Origin: Lytechinus pictus
Taxonomy: Eukaryota
Reading direction: 5' to 3'
Length of the DNA stretch: 64,000 bases
Assembly: GCF_037042905.1 (NCBI RefSeq)
Contig: NC_087263.1
Coordinates: 13,146,001-13,210,000, forward strand
The notes beneath the pieces are model-generated. The model saw nothing but the letters and a program-made list of their open reading frames with translations, ran no database searches and had not been told where the DNA came from. Made by a program: the position numbers and the translations under genes. Of this stretch, positions 1 to 12,402 are shown one piece after another; within the stretch, counting starts at the first letter, position 1, and each line of letters begins with the position of its first letter.

Positions 1-167
1 ATCCTGTCAATGTGGGAGCTCTCGAGGAGCTTCATGTTCGGCAGACCGGACTTGGTCCCCGACAAGAAAATCAAGATGGACCCCAAGACTGCCGCCGTGC
101 CGAGGACGAACACCACGCGCCGTAGGTGCCAAATCCTCATCATTGCTGAGCCCAATCTAACTCCCAT
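1..167 (-). CDS. Partial 5' coding exon of a type II membrane protein (Golgi glycosyl/sulfotransferase-like topology); continues off the left edge
   Basis: Minus strand reads MGVRLGSAMMRIWHLRRVVFVLGTAAVLGSILIFLSGTKSGLPNMKLLESSHIDR: short basic tail, ~19-aa hydrophobic anchor, then stem. Codons are GC-rich. A polypyrimidine acceptor (ttcaatttttttccaactgcactAG) opens the exon at 220. ATGs at 167/143/140, and the frame is open to 220, so the start is uncertain. Family cannot be identified. Confidence 0.6.
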   Translation of the reverse strand, partial: MGVRLGSAMMRIWHLRRVVFVLGTAAVLGSILIFLSGTKSGLPNMKLLESSHIDR

Positions 168-355
168 TAATTGATGCAGTCTTCTATTAAGAAAGTTCTT
201 TGTGCCTTTCAGCAGTAGATCTAGTGCAGTTGGAAAAAAATTGAAAAATAAACATCAAGTGAGGAAGTTGACAATTTCATATTAGTTTTAGAGAATTACA
301 TTTTTTTTTTCATCATGAGCACACCCACCCTAGGTCTAGATAGAGTGGCTACCAC

Positions 356-3300
356 CAGGGTTGGCACGTTTTAAACGGTGTGTTTTAAAACATGTTTTAA
401 AACGCGTTTTAAAACACCCGTTTTTTTTTTTTTTTTTTTACGTGTTTTAAAGCACAGCATAGGCTTGTGTGTTGTAAATTTGCATGGATGTGATTTCAGA
501 TGAATGTTTTGTTTTTCATACAATTTTATTTCTGAAGTGGTGAAATATTTTCTTCGAATTAAAACTCTTTCTCAACACAACTCTTTTTCTCCTCTTTCTC
601 TTTCCCCCTTTATTCTCCCTTTCTCCATCTCTTTGTCATGACCTTTTCTTCCCAGTTCAATCGTGCACATCAATGCATTATGATTAAGAATATTCTCATT
701 TCAACGAACGTGTTGTGTTGTGCTCACTTTTTGGACAGAGAACGAAACACTATATTATTTTTTAAGCTCAAATACATATTAGTACTTGGATGAAATGGAA
801 GTGTTGCACAAGCATAATAATAGGAGTGGGCTATACCTGGTTTAAAAATACTTTTTTTGTAATTTCAATATGACAACAGTTTTTTTTTATTCCTTGTAAT
901 GTATCTCAACATGAAATGACAATATTTTTTGTCTCGGGTCCGAGAAAAAAGTGTGCCGGGCCAAAATCCAAAATGGCCGCAAAAACCCCCCAAAATCACA
1001 GTTTTGGCCACAACTTTTTTATTTGGTGGTCAATTTCTCTGGTTTTGGTGTCTATTCATATGTTTTGGGGGGCAGGCAATTTGTTTTTCCTATAATTAGT
1101 ACTTTTAAACCATTATTTGTAGAGTTAAAAGGTAATTATACCTAAATTTTCCCATTTTTGTAGCCTTTTTTCAGCCAAAAAGTAGGTTTTATCATCCTGG
1201 GGTTCTGGGATATTAGATGGTACGAGGTCAACAATAGCAAGCAGCTTCATATAGCTATATTGCTTTTATTCCTCCACTTTGGGTTTTACGGATATTTGTG
1301 AAATATATCTTGTTTAATAAAAAAATGTCAATTATCCATTGGGGCTATACAGTATACATATGTACAATGTACTGTACATATACATACATGTACTGCACTG
1401 CATAAATGCATTGGCTACCATGACAGATAACAAGGCTTGTATAAACTATAGTGTCATAGAAATGAGCTCTCAGGTTTAGAATTAGATGCCTCAGAAATTG
1501 AAGATATGTTTTGTCTCAGAAATTGAGGACATGTTTTGTCAAATATGCTAATTCAGGGGGCGGAGAGGGGTAATTTACACTGTAGCTATTCTGGGCCCCG
1601 TTGCATAAAAATTTACCATTATGTTAGCTTAACTGGTAACTTGCATGCAATCCTTTTTTCTGATTGGCTGTTGATCAGCTTACCATGATACTAGTAGTTA
1701 CCTGACCCCATAAACATAGGCCAGTTAGACACCAGAACCAGGTAAAAAAAAAGCCTCCAAATGAAGAAGATATGGCTAAAAATGTGATGTACGTATATAT
1801 GTGATATTTACACGTAGGTGTAATTTACGTTGCTGGTTTCACCATGTACATCAGCTGACAAGGAATCAAATTCACTATCTATTTCTAAACCTTTGAAGCT
1901 CATTTCTATGACACTATAATTTATATACAGGCCTTGTCATATGCCATGGTGGTCAATGCATGGATATATGCAGTGTAGTATGTACAGTGCATTGTACACC
2001 GTATAGCCCCTATGGATAGATGACATTTTCTTTTATTTGATATATTTTACAAATATCCGTAAAACCCAAAGTGGAGGAATAAAAGCAATATAGCTACATG
2101 AAGCTGCTTGCTATTGTTGACCTCGTACCATCTAATGTCCCAGAACCCCAGGATGATAAAACCCACTTTTTGGCTGAAAAAAGGCTACAAAAATGGGAAA
2201 ATTTAGGTATAATTACCTTTTAACTCTACAAATAATGGTTTAAAAGTACTAATTATAGGAAAAACAAATTGCCTGCCCCCCAAAACATATGAATAGACAC
2301 CAAAACCAGAGAAAATGACCACCAAATAAAAAAGTTGTGGCCAAAACTGTGATTTTGGGGGGTTTTGGCGGCCATTTTGGATTTTGGCCCGGCACACTTT
2401 TTTCTCAGACCCGAGACAAAAAATATTGTCATTTCATGTTGAGATAAGGTAAAAGGAACACAAAAAAACTGTTCCCACAGTAAAACCAAAAATCACCCAT
2501 TTATAGCCCACTCCTAATAATAATATTTTACAAATAGACTGTAAAACTGACATCGTTCTCTTGAGGTACACACGAAAGCAGTTGAAATTTTGCGCTTTGT
2601 AAAGATGAAGAAAAGTACTTTAAACAGTATAAGTCTAAGATAATCAGCGAGCAAACCTTTATCCTAACAATCCCAGGGGACCTCAATGGACCCCTCAAAA
2701 ATTTCTATGATAAATCTATAAACATGACAGGGCCACGCCATATCGTTCAAGACTATTTTGGGATGCATGCATGGGTATGCGGTTATGATATTACACAACA
2801 AGTGCATGTCAGACCCCGAATTGCTCAAAAACGTGATTCATGTATCAAGCCAATTGTAAATTCTCGCCAAAATCTGTATCATTATTTGTACTTTCTGTTA
2901 ATCAAAATTATTACCAATAATTTCCATTCAAAAAAAGAAGTAAAACAACTTTTTATACTGATTTTTTTTCTTATATGCATTTGATCTAAATTCCTCAATT
3001 AAAAAAAATAAACAGTTCAAGGGCTTTATTTATAGATTTAACTAAAATTGGCATAATTGATTCAAATGAAAAAAGCATTTCTTGATTAAAGTATGTCATT
3101 TTCTTTCATTGTGCAAATTCTTCTCCCCCCCCTCCCCCCCCCCCCCCCCGAGATTGACAAGACTCAAAATAACCTGGGATCAGGAATACATGTTATGTAC
3201 ATGTATGAGGAATAAACTAAAATGTCAACTTTAGAGTGTGTGTGTTTTTTTTGGCATTCAATTTCCATGATTTAGTAATTTTTTCGGGAAATATGAACTT

Positions 3301-3523
3301 TTCTGTTGGAAATTATTGTAGTCATCTCTTTAATACTTACTCCAAAAAATGTATTTTTATTAAAACATCAAGGGCTTAAATCAGACTGTAAATTTTCATT
3401 GATTTACGTAAAATTCCATCATCCGTTGGAAAAAAAACGTTTGAAAACGATTTAAAACATTTTAAAACAATAAAAACGTTTTATTTGTTTTTTTAATAAA
3501 AAACATGTTTTATTACAACCCTG
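356..3523. mobile_element. Non-autonomous hAT-like DNA transposon (host of the foldback element)
   Basis: Ends CAGGGTTG (356) / CAACCCTG (3523). Subterminal gttttaaaac-type repeats in opposite orientation at both ends. Flanks GCTACCAC / GCTAC-AC resemble an 8-bp TSD with one deletion. Confidence 0.6.
821..2516. mobile_element. Foldback-type element with ~600-bp inverted arms
   Basis: TAGGAGTGGGCTATA (821-835) is the exact reverse complement of 2502-2516. Arms ~905-1480 and ~1880-2446 are near-identical inverted copies, hence the mirror ORFs 951-1145(+) and 2203-2397(-). Inserted in a (TAA)n context; TSD either TA or AAT. Confidence 0.85.
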
Positions 3524-3560
3524 GCTACACTGCCCTACCACACTTGTAGCCCAATAAATA

Positions 3561-5168
3561 CCGTACGTAACGGTGTATTAACCGCACCTTTTTCTCGGCG
3601 GGACAGAATCAAAAGTCGGGGGTGCGGTTTATACACGGTGATAGGTCTGAGCCAAGCCAATCTCGGCCCGATACCACTACCAGTTTACAACTCGCGTCGG
3701 GTGGCCGAGCGTAGCCGCTTGGCTTGGGGCAATGCCGTTTAGAGGGGCATGAGCCGCGGGTATAAAAGGGAAGCAACTATGACTACCGGTATCTACCGTA
3801 AAAGTTAGATTACGGTAACAAACGCACCTACCTTCATGAAACTGACATTTTGAATGGTGTGACTTTGTCTTTGTTGTCATTTATTAGTCAACGAGGCAAA
3901 GTTCAGACGCTAATCGACAATCGACCGAACAGCACGGTGCGGCTAGCCGAATGAGACACGCATATAATGTTTATCGTAACGTCAACGTAAGCTGGCGCTT
4001 TACCTTTCCGTGGCTGTTATAATGTTTGACAAATTATTGGTATTATTTGACAATTTTGTGCCATGAGGAGGGAGGTAAACGGAAGAAAGTTTAATGAAAT
4101 TCATGTCATAATTTCAATTTGACTCATTTATTGATTACCTGTATCATTATTTTGATGTTTTCTGTCACGCATTAAGCAAATTTTGGAACAGAAAAAGAAG
4201 GCCTAATGGCGTTATGAACGAACATTTTTTTTTCTTTGTCATTCCTCATATTAAAATCAATCTATAATTTTCCTCTTTATTCTTTCGTTCATTTCCTTAT
4301 TTTTCATTTTTTTCTTGATATGCAAGAAAGAAAGAAAAATTATTTATCTCGAACTCCTATCTCTCTTTGATCATCTCATTCTTGCTCTTGAATTTCTTCT
4401 CTTTCTCATTTCCCCACGTTACCTTTTTTCTCTGTGTTTTAAACTCCAATTTCTTTCATTTGCCTTTCCTTCATTTCTCTCTATCATCCATCATCTTAAA
4501 ATCAATCTTCAATCCCCGTCTTCATTCCTTCCGACTTTTTATTTTTTTTTATTATTATTATTCATTTTATTCCCGCCCAGAGCTCCCATTGAAAATACGG
4601 TATACCGGTACTAGCATTTTTTTTCCTATTTGCTGTCTGTAAGATACCGCCACACACGTACTGAGAGAACTACCGGTAGTGGTTCAAAGCAGACAAGAAA
4701 AACACCTGAACAAAATTGCAAATTTCTCGTATCTTGAACCTTCCCATATTCCCGTGTCTGAAATTCATGTCAAGACATTGAATGCTAGACAGAATTCTGA
4801 AAGCAAAAGTGGGGCTGTGATGCAGGAAATATGGTATGAACGATCTTCTCGAATGGGTGAGCCCCCATGGCCATGTTGATGCTTGTATCGGTACCGGTAC
4901 TTGCAATGAACACCGGTACCATATGTGTGTGTGTGAGGTGAGTGTGTAGTTGGCCAATAATGTCGGCAATTTGCAGATAAGTGACGAAGCGCTGATTTCT
5001 TCTCATTTTTTTTACCAGTAATACCGGTACTTTGATATTTTTTTTTTCATTTTTGGTTCTTGACTCTTTCTTAAATACGCATATTATTAGAGATAGAAAG
5101 TCAGTTTGATGACTTTTTTTTTTTTCATCCGAAAATGGGGGGTGCGGTTAATACACCGTTACTTACGG
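3561..5168. mobile_element. Non-autonomous Tc1/mariner (pogo-like) element
   Basis: 28-bp TIRs CCGTACGTAACGGTGTATTAACCGCACC vs reverse complement of 5141-5168 (27/28 identical). TA flanks on both sides. Internal inverted TIR copy near 3620-3640. No transposase ORF. Confidence 0.85.
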
Positions 5169-6868
5169 TAGGTATATTTCTGTCAGGGATATGCTCCACT
5201 GAGACTTCATCTGGCTCTGCGGTATCCCCTCCATCAATAGACCAATGACAGCCATTGGGCTCATAATGGTGGGGATCCGTAAAATCTCCTTTCGATGGGC
5301 GAAAAGGGGCGCAATAATAGAAAATACAATCAGCTTACCAGTACCACCGACAGGCACAGCTCAGGGGCCGCGGAACGGTTTTCAAAGTGGGGGGGGGGGC
5401 AGTCCATGCAAAAAATCACAATCATATTGACATTTTTACCTTTTTCTTTGTAGGGTTCTAACGTTACACGATTTTGCACTTTTGGAGACAAATAGGGGGC
5501 TTCTTTTTTGTCTTTGGTCTTTGGATTTCACTAAACATGCTAAAAATATGAATTCAATAGGGCCTAACTTAGACAGCTGGCAGCCGTCTGTCTCGAGGAG
5601 TTTTTTAACATTTTTTTATTTTTTTATTCTCCTCGTACACAGACGGCTCGCTAGCGTGCAGCCACCATTAGGGGACTTGCAATGCGAAATCCCCCCGTCG
5701 GGGCTCTTCAATTTTTGTCTTTAATGAATAAAAATTTTGAAAATTAACGCGACCAAAATGCAAATTAATATTCCCCCTTGGCATTAATTGCCCAAAAACG
5801 GAGAAAAATCAAGTTAAAAGGAACAAAAACAGTGACTTACCTCGGCTGTCGCGCAAATTCACTTCCCCGTTTTAAATATAATAATTATAAATTAACAATA
5901 ACATTTCCTAACATTTTGTACTAAAAATTGATGAAACTTCGCTTGTAAATTTTTTCAAATGACTTTCTATTAAAAATTGATCGTCCGACACACAACAACC
6001 TGTCCGGACACACAACATCCAACAACTCAGTCATGTCAGTCTCGACTCAAGTGACAAGTCAAAAAACACACACAAATTTTGGCAGCGGTTTTTCCCTGCC
6101 AGTGCCAGCCCATAATTAATGGACGTTGCGGAAACAACAATAAAACAGACAGTAACGACTTAGACATATTACTGATCTACAAAGTACCAACGGCAACGAT
6201 TTTACCTTATTTTGCAGTTTGCATCCTAGGTCTAGGAACTGTCTCTCGCCTCTCGAAATGCCAACCGTACCCTGGCCTTCCAGATTATGTTGAACATTAA
6301 CGATGAAGAAAACTGTTTGCTATTATTATTCTTGAAATAATTCACGTTGAGGCCGAATTACGCGTTCGCTCTTTGCTGAAGTTATCGTCTATTAATTACT
6401 TTAAAAAGTGTGAAGAGACAAAATGAAAATAAAATAAAAAAATATATACAGTATTTTTTTCTTTGAAACCACCCCCCCCCCCCCCCCCCTCTTAGCTCCA
6501 GATCGAGGCAGGGCATGAAAGTGATGGCTGGAAAGCTAGGAAACAGTGTCCAACTTTTTCAAGCACCCAAAGACTTTAGTATGACCCCCAAAATTCCAAT
6601 ATCTTTAGAAAAGAAAGAGATGCTTGTCAAAATTAGTCACAATAAAAGTCCGCTTTCCTAACGGAGCACCCCCCCCCCCCCCACGTTAGTTATCGGGGCT
6701 GGCAGTGGAGGTGGTTCATGAAAAAAAATAATAAGTCCTCAAACGGGGGAGGGGGGCAAAGGCGAAAACAAATTTGTTTGCCTGTTTCACAAAATCGAGT
6801 GCAACGCGCGAGATAAGCCTATACTGACTTAAAAAAAAGACCTGTTCAGATATAGACATATAGGCCTA

Positions 6869-7000
6869 TATGAAGAGCTCATTTGCATAAGGGGTTAGGT
6901 CCATTTTTCATCAAATTTGATTTTTTTTTCTCTCAATGTATAGATATTTAGTAGCTCTATAAGATAAGACCTAACCCCTTTTGCAACCAAACTCTTTATA
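6869..7000. mobile_element. Small hairpin MITE next to a (TA)n tract
   Basis: GCATAAGGGGTTAGGTC (~6887) pairs with GACCTAACCCCTTTTGC (~6968). Confidence 0.5.
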
Positions 7001-7141
7001 TATATATATATATATATATACATATGTGTAAAGTTATACATGTACAACATCGGCATCACCAATTTTTCCAAAGGGTCACAGCTCTGGGGAACCTTGATTT
7101 AGGCTACGCCTACCATTGTTCTCTTCATCCATTTCTTTACA

Positions 7142-7142
<1 letters not shown>

Positions 7143-7185
<43 letters not shown>

Positions 7186-7205
7186 CATATATATATATAC
7201 ACACA
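7143..7205. repeat. (TA)n microsatellite (another at 6998-7020)
   Basis: Direct reading of the sequence. Confidence 0.9.
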
Positions 7206-9315
7206 CAACAAAAAAGTAAGTCCCCCTAAATCAAAATGCTGTAACTTAATTTTGAACGGAATAATTTTGAAATATAATATTTTGTAGGTGGTTTTTAGTT
7301 TACACTCATTAAGCAACTCCTGATGGGGGGAAATGAGATTGATCGGTTGGGTCATGCATGAGTAATCAGAGATTGAATTAAAAATGACCATATTTGAAAG
7401 TCACAAGAGTCGTTTTTCAGATTGTGTAAATACAAACATTCAGGGGCGGAAATCTCTCCCAAAAGGTAGGGGGGACACAGGGGCGGATCCAGCCTTCGCC
7501 AATAGGGGGGGGGGCGGAAATTTGTTTCAGCCATATTTTCCCCGATCGGCAGCTCGAAGATGATTTTTGTTGTTTCTTTGAAGGGGTAGTCCTCATTAAT
7601 CACTTCTTAGCTTTATTCTTTCTTATAAATTAATATATAATATCATAATCCTTATTTATATGATGCGAGCGCGAAGCGCGAGCTAATTTTTTTGGAAATT
7701 TTATGTATTTTTTCCTAATCTTTGAACTGATTCTGGGCAATGTTTGCTATCCTGAAAAAGATGTGTATGCAACTTAATAATTACTACGAACGCAAAGCGC
7801 GAGCAGAAATGAAATGATGGAAAATATACCTGTTAAAGTAGCATTTAACAATCAAATAATGCGAGCGCGAAGCGCGAGCTGAATTTTTTTTGACATTTCA
7901 CCTAAAGAATGGAAATTCTAAGCACTTTTTGTAACTCAAGCAGAATAGGTATATAAGTAAACAATTAATGCGAGCGCAAAGCGCGATCGGAAAATTTCGA
8001 GATTTTAGTCCTATAATATTTACTGAACGAGACACTCTATACATGTTTTGTAAATCCTGAAAAGGATGAGTATTAATAATGCGAGCGCAAAGCGCGAGCA
8101 GAAAATTTTTATATACGTTTTGAACTGGTACCTGTTGAAAAGGTACCTGTTAAGGACTGATTGCATTTAGCCATGAAGGCGTTACATATTTCAACAATTA
8201 AAAAATGCGAGCGCGAAGCGCGAGCTGAAAAATTTTGAAATTTCTAAAGAAAGAATTGAAAATTTTAATCAGTTTTTGTAATCGTGAACAGGATAGCTAT
8301 ATAATTTAACGATTGATGCGTGCGCGAAGCGCGAGCAGAAAAAAAATTCGAGATTTAGACCTAAAATGGGCCAATCTGTTCATGTTTTGTAAATCATCAA
8401 AAGGATGAGTAATATGGGGTCTTCCTACAATAATGATGCGAGCACAAAGCGCGAGCAGAAAATTTTTGATATTGTGATCTGAAACTGGATAATGATTTAA
8501 ATTAGAGAACAAGTTGAGTATCTGAATAAACATGCGCGAGCATCTAGTATCTAGGCATTCTAAATACAAGTTTAATCATGAAACTTTGATATTCCGATCT
8601 GAAAAAAGTGTCAATTTCAGCTTTATATTTCAAGCCCTTTGTAGAAAAATTGTAAGGTGGATATGGATCGCACTTTATAAAAAAGAGCTGATATTATTAT
8701 TACTTTGAGTTTTGACATAGGACCGGGACATTCTTACGACATGTCATCATATGACAATGATGACTATCTTCCTAATCCTCTTGCTAAGCGCGAGATGAAA
8801 CAAAAGGGACAATTTAATTATTAAATTAATATCATATTTATTAATGCCTTATGAGGGCGCGAAATCTGATTATATATTGGCATAAAAATTGGACATTTCA
8901 CTTTTGTGATTATGAATGGGATGCATCAGTTAATATATTCTTAACCATTAATGCGAGCGCAAATCGCGAGCTAAAATTTTTGATAAACTGTCATGAAAAG
9001 GGGATTTTAAGTAGTTTGTTGTATAATCAATATTGAAACATTTATATAACTCGCCAATAAAAATGCGAGCGTGCAGCGCGCTAGCTGATACGTCTTGGTC
9101 TTGACAATCAGACCTGAAAAGGGATATTTTGAAAACTTTATGGAATACACGAAAATAATAGGTACCTGATAAATCAAAATTTGCGAGCGCGTAGCGCAAG
9201 CAGCAAATGTTAACATTCAGACCATAAAACTGACATTTTTACAGAGCACTTTTTAAAAACCAATTTGTAAATCACACAAAATAATGAAAGTTCGATTTCC
9301 GAGGTGAAACATGTT

Positions 9316-10840
9316 GGCTTATTATATTCACTCGCGTTCGTAATCACTCGCGTCGGGTTGGTAATCACACGCGTTTTTGATTTTTGGCGATTTTTTTTTT
9401 TTCGGTGCGATTTTTTTTCTAACGGTGTCTTCAATGGGACAAACGTACTGGAAAAATACAATGAAATTGAAATTCGAGTTTCGTTTTATTTTAAGCTGGT
9501 AAGTGCCTTAAATAAAACATTCTCTACCACTGTTTTAAGATAACAAGCACATTTCGACTACTGTTTTAACATAATCACATTCCACATCTTTAATCTTAGA
9601 GCCATAGGCGGCGGAAGCGGGGGGGGGGGCTCCCCCTAAAAAAAGAGAGAGGGGGGAGAAAGGAAGGGAAAGAGGGAGAAAAGAGAGAAAAAAAAAGACA
9701 GACAGAAAGAAAGAAGCAAGGAAAAAAGGAGAAAGAAAGGAGAAAAGGAATAAAGAAGAAAAAGGAGGAAAGGCTATTCTCGATTTAGCTTTGCCTTTGG
9801 AGGATTTTCCTGAAGTCTGTGGTATTCTTTATAAAGCATAGTGAGGTGCTACAATTTCATAATATCACTATTTATTTGCTTCTCCCTTTCTTTGTGAATT
9901 ATTCTACACTAACGTAAAAATCAGGGAGGAAAAAAGTGCTGAAGAAGGAAGGAGGAGGAGAAGTAGAAGAAGAAAAAAGAAGATGGAGGACATAAGGGGG
10001 TAAAAATGAAACTAAAAAGAGAAAATTGAGGGGAGGATGTAGAAGAAGAGAAAGAGAAGATGAAATAAGGGGAAGACTGAGAAGAGAAAAGGAAGAAGTG
10101 AGAAGGGAGATGCATGAACAATAAGGAGAAAGGGAAGAAATTGAGAAGTAGAAGAACAGGGAGAAGAATAAGATGACATAATAATGGGAATAAAAAGAAG
10201 ACTGAGAAGAAAGAGAAGTAGGAGGGGGAGTAAAGTGCACTCTGGTTATAAAGAAGTAAATAACAAATACCGGTAATATTAGGAATTCTTTATTACCTGT
10301 GACTCCCTGAAGCCATGTCTTCTGTTTTCCAATCCATTATTTCTGACTCAATCTGAGTTACCTCGTGCTTGGAGTTGTTTAAGGGGCCTGGATAAATATC
10401 GTAGCCGACAACTTCTGTTTTCAGGAAGGCACCGGGACGGTACGGTACCTTGGCTTTGATCGTCGCGCGAATTTTTACCGTGAGAGCGCGCACAGCCACA
10501 GGGGCGGGTCTTGACCAAAAGCTTCGGTCTTTGTGTCTATTAATTATTATGTTGGTTGTTCCGCTGAACTCCGTTGGCTCCGCTCACCAAATACAGAGAA
10601 ATTAAAAAAAAAAAAAAAAAAAACTCCTCGAAACAGACTGCTGCCAGCTGTCTGGGGCGGATCAAGCTTGTTTTCTATTCTTTAATTGCCGGCTTAAAAC
10701 GAAACTCAAATTTCCCTGCATGTCTGTCCCATTGAAGACACCGTAAAAAAAAAATCGCACCGAAATAAAAAAAAATCGCCAAAAATTCAAAACGCGAGTG
10801 ATTACGAACCAGAACGCGACGCGAGTGATTATAAACTGCC
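9316..10840. mobile_element. Long-TIR element (Merlin/Mutator-like ends) with internal cargo
   Basis: ~180-bp imperfect inverted arms 9316-9500 and 10685-10840 with GGC...GCC ends. AACATGTT on both flanks (9308-9315, 10841-10848). It interrupts the host element, whose motif array resumes at 10921. Confidence 0.7.
9640..10235 (+). repeat. Purine-rich (GA) low-complexity tract
   Basis: Direct reading; source of spurious Phe/Ser/Leu-rich ORFs on the minus strand. Confidence 0.8.
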
Positions 10841-12402
10841 AACATGTTTTGTATATTGACTTCCAAACTTGATATTCGAACTCCATATTGAACAAGATAT
10901 GTAAATCACCTAACAGGCAATGCGAGCGCGAAGCGCGAGCGAAAAATTTTATATAGTGGCACGAAAAATTCGTTTATTTTCCAAGTCTTCCCCTCATCTT
11001 ATTTTATGCACTCGTCGTCCTCTTCTTTTTCTCTTCTCTTTTCCCTCCTTTTTTCCTTCTTTCTTTCCTTTTTTTATTTTTTTGCTCCGCCAAGAGGGGG
11101 GGGGGGGGCGGGCCCCTCGGCCCCTGGATCCGCCTATGGGGACAAGGGGCGGGACAATTTGACAAGCAAAAAAAGTTATCATCGCCAAAGTAAGGTCATA
11201 TCTCGTCCCAAAATACATGTTTTATTTCGATTTAGAATGATGTATTTCTTACCATCATAAAAGACCAAAAATAGTAGGGGGGACATTTGATATTGTGTCC
11301 CCCCTACTATTTTAAGTAGGGGGGACACGTCCCCCCTGTCCCCCCTGGGATTTCCGCCCATGCAAACATTACAAAGTTGGGCAAAGGTTGTTTTTTGGTA
11401 AATTTTATGGTGTTATAACGCTGTTTTACTATCCAGCATTTAGACACTCCACACAAAATTTTGATAACGTATGTTCATGGTTGAGTGAGCACATTTTGTG
11501 TGACGTATCATCATAGGGGTTTATGGTAGTATCCTCTGTAACTTGTTAAAACATTTGAAAATGTTAGTGGCTCCCCTCCCTAAATTTCTCGGCATCTCCC
11601 CACTTTCATATTCTGGATTCACCACTGATTTGTCCATAAAATTAACTGATCCTGAGAAATTGTTAGGAAAAGAATACACTTATGCAGTAAAAAGAGTATT
11701 AATTCCTAAGTTTTCGAGTGTGCTCGCTCAACCATGAAAGTGTAAAAAGTTCGGAAAGTGTGTGGTGATAAAAATGATGGATTATAAAAACAACAAATAA
11801 GTTACATTTAAAACCGAATTTGCCCCCATTATTCACTTAATAAATGACCCCTCAAAATGAGTCTGTGACATTGAAAATACACATTTTCCCCCTTTGAAGC
11901 GTGCTCACTCATCCATAAATAAACAAATCGATTTATTTTTTGCATAGAAATCTGCCCATAGGTTGATAAACACTACTACCAAATGATACTGCTAAAGACA
12001 GCTTTGAAAAAAGTTACACCATATTGAATAAGGGGTTACTTATTCTCAAACATAATGCACCCATAGTGTACACAATTAATGTCTATGAGAGAGGAATTCA
12101 AAATTTTAACAAAAGTGAAATAAGGGTTTGTTTCATGGACGGTTTTTTGTTACTTCTGTCAATAGTTTTCTAATGAAACTTCGCTCATGGCTTCAGAGTG
12201 GTACTATCCAAAAGGCGCGCACACCAAAATAACCATTCGATACGGCATAGAATGGGGCCAATGCCTTGAACTTTCTTCTCATTTGCATAATTTTTTAGGT
12301 GTGCTCACTGAAGCATAAACCATCGGGATTTTCATAAAAATCTAATCAAATTAACTATGCAAGAAGGTTTGTGACTACGGAGCCTTTAAAGTGCCATCGA
12401 CT

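Larger units (their letters stand above)
7478..11138. mobile_element. Non-autonomous TIR element with 6-bp TSD and an internal GCGAGCGCGAAGCGCGAGC array
   Basis: TIRs CAGGGGCGGATCCAG / CTGGATCCGCCTATG. GGGACA is duplicated at 7472-7477 and 11139-11144. About 12 spaced copies of the GC motif between 7665 and 10940. Confidence 0.75.
7441..11362. mobile_element. hAT-like MITE, outer shell of a three-level nest
   Basis: TIRs CAGGGGCGGAAATC / GATTTCCGCCCATG. Perfect 8-bp TSD CAAACATT at 7433-7440 and 11363-11370. Confidence 0.85.

Noticed and set aside
951..2397. Two near-identical 64-aa ORFs on opposite strands
   Set aside because: Mirror images produced by the foldback arms; GTG starts, no recognisable domain.
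7665..9200. CRISPR-like spacing of the GC motif
   Set aside because: Spacers are ~100 bp, variable and mutually related, and the array lies inside a TIR element.
5570..10653. Inverted AGACAGCTGGCAGC..TCGAGGAGTTT pair as TIRs of a 5-kb element
   Set aside because: No TSD, and the right copy lies inside independently TSD-bounded nested elements, so two dispersed copies are more likely.
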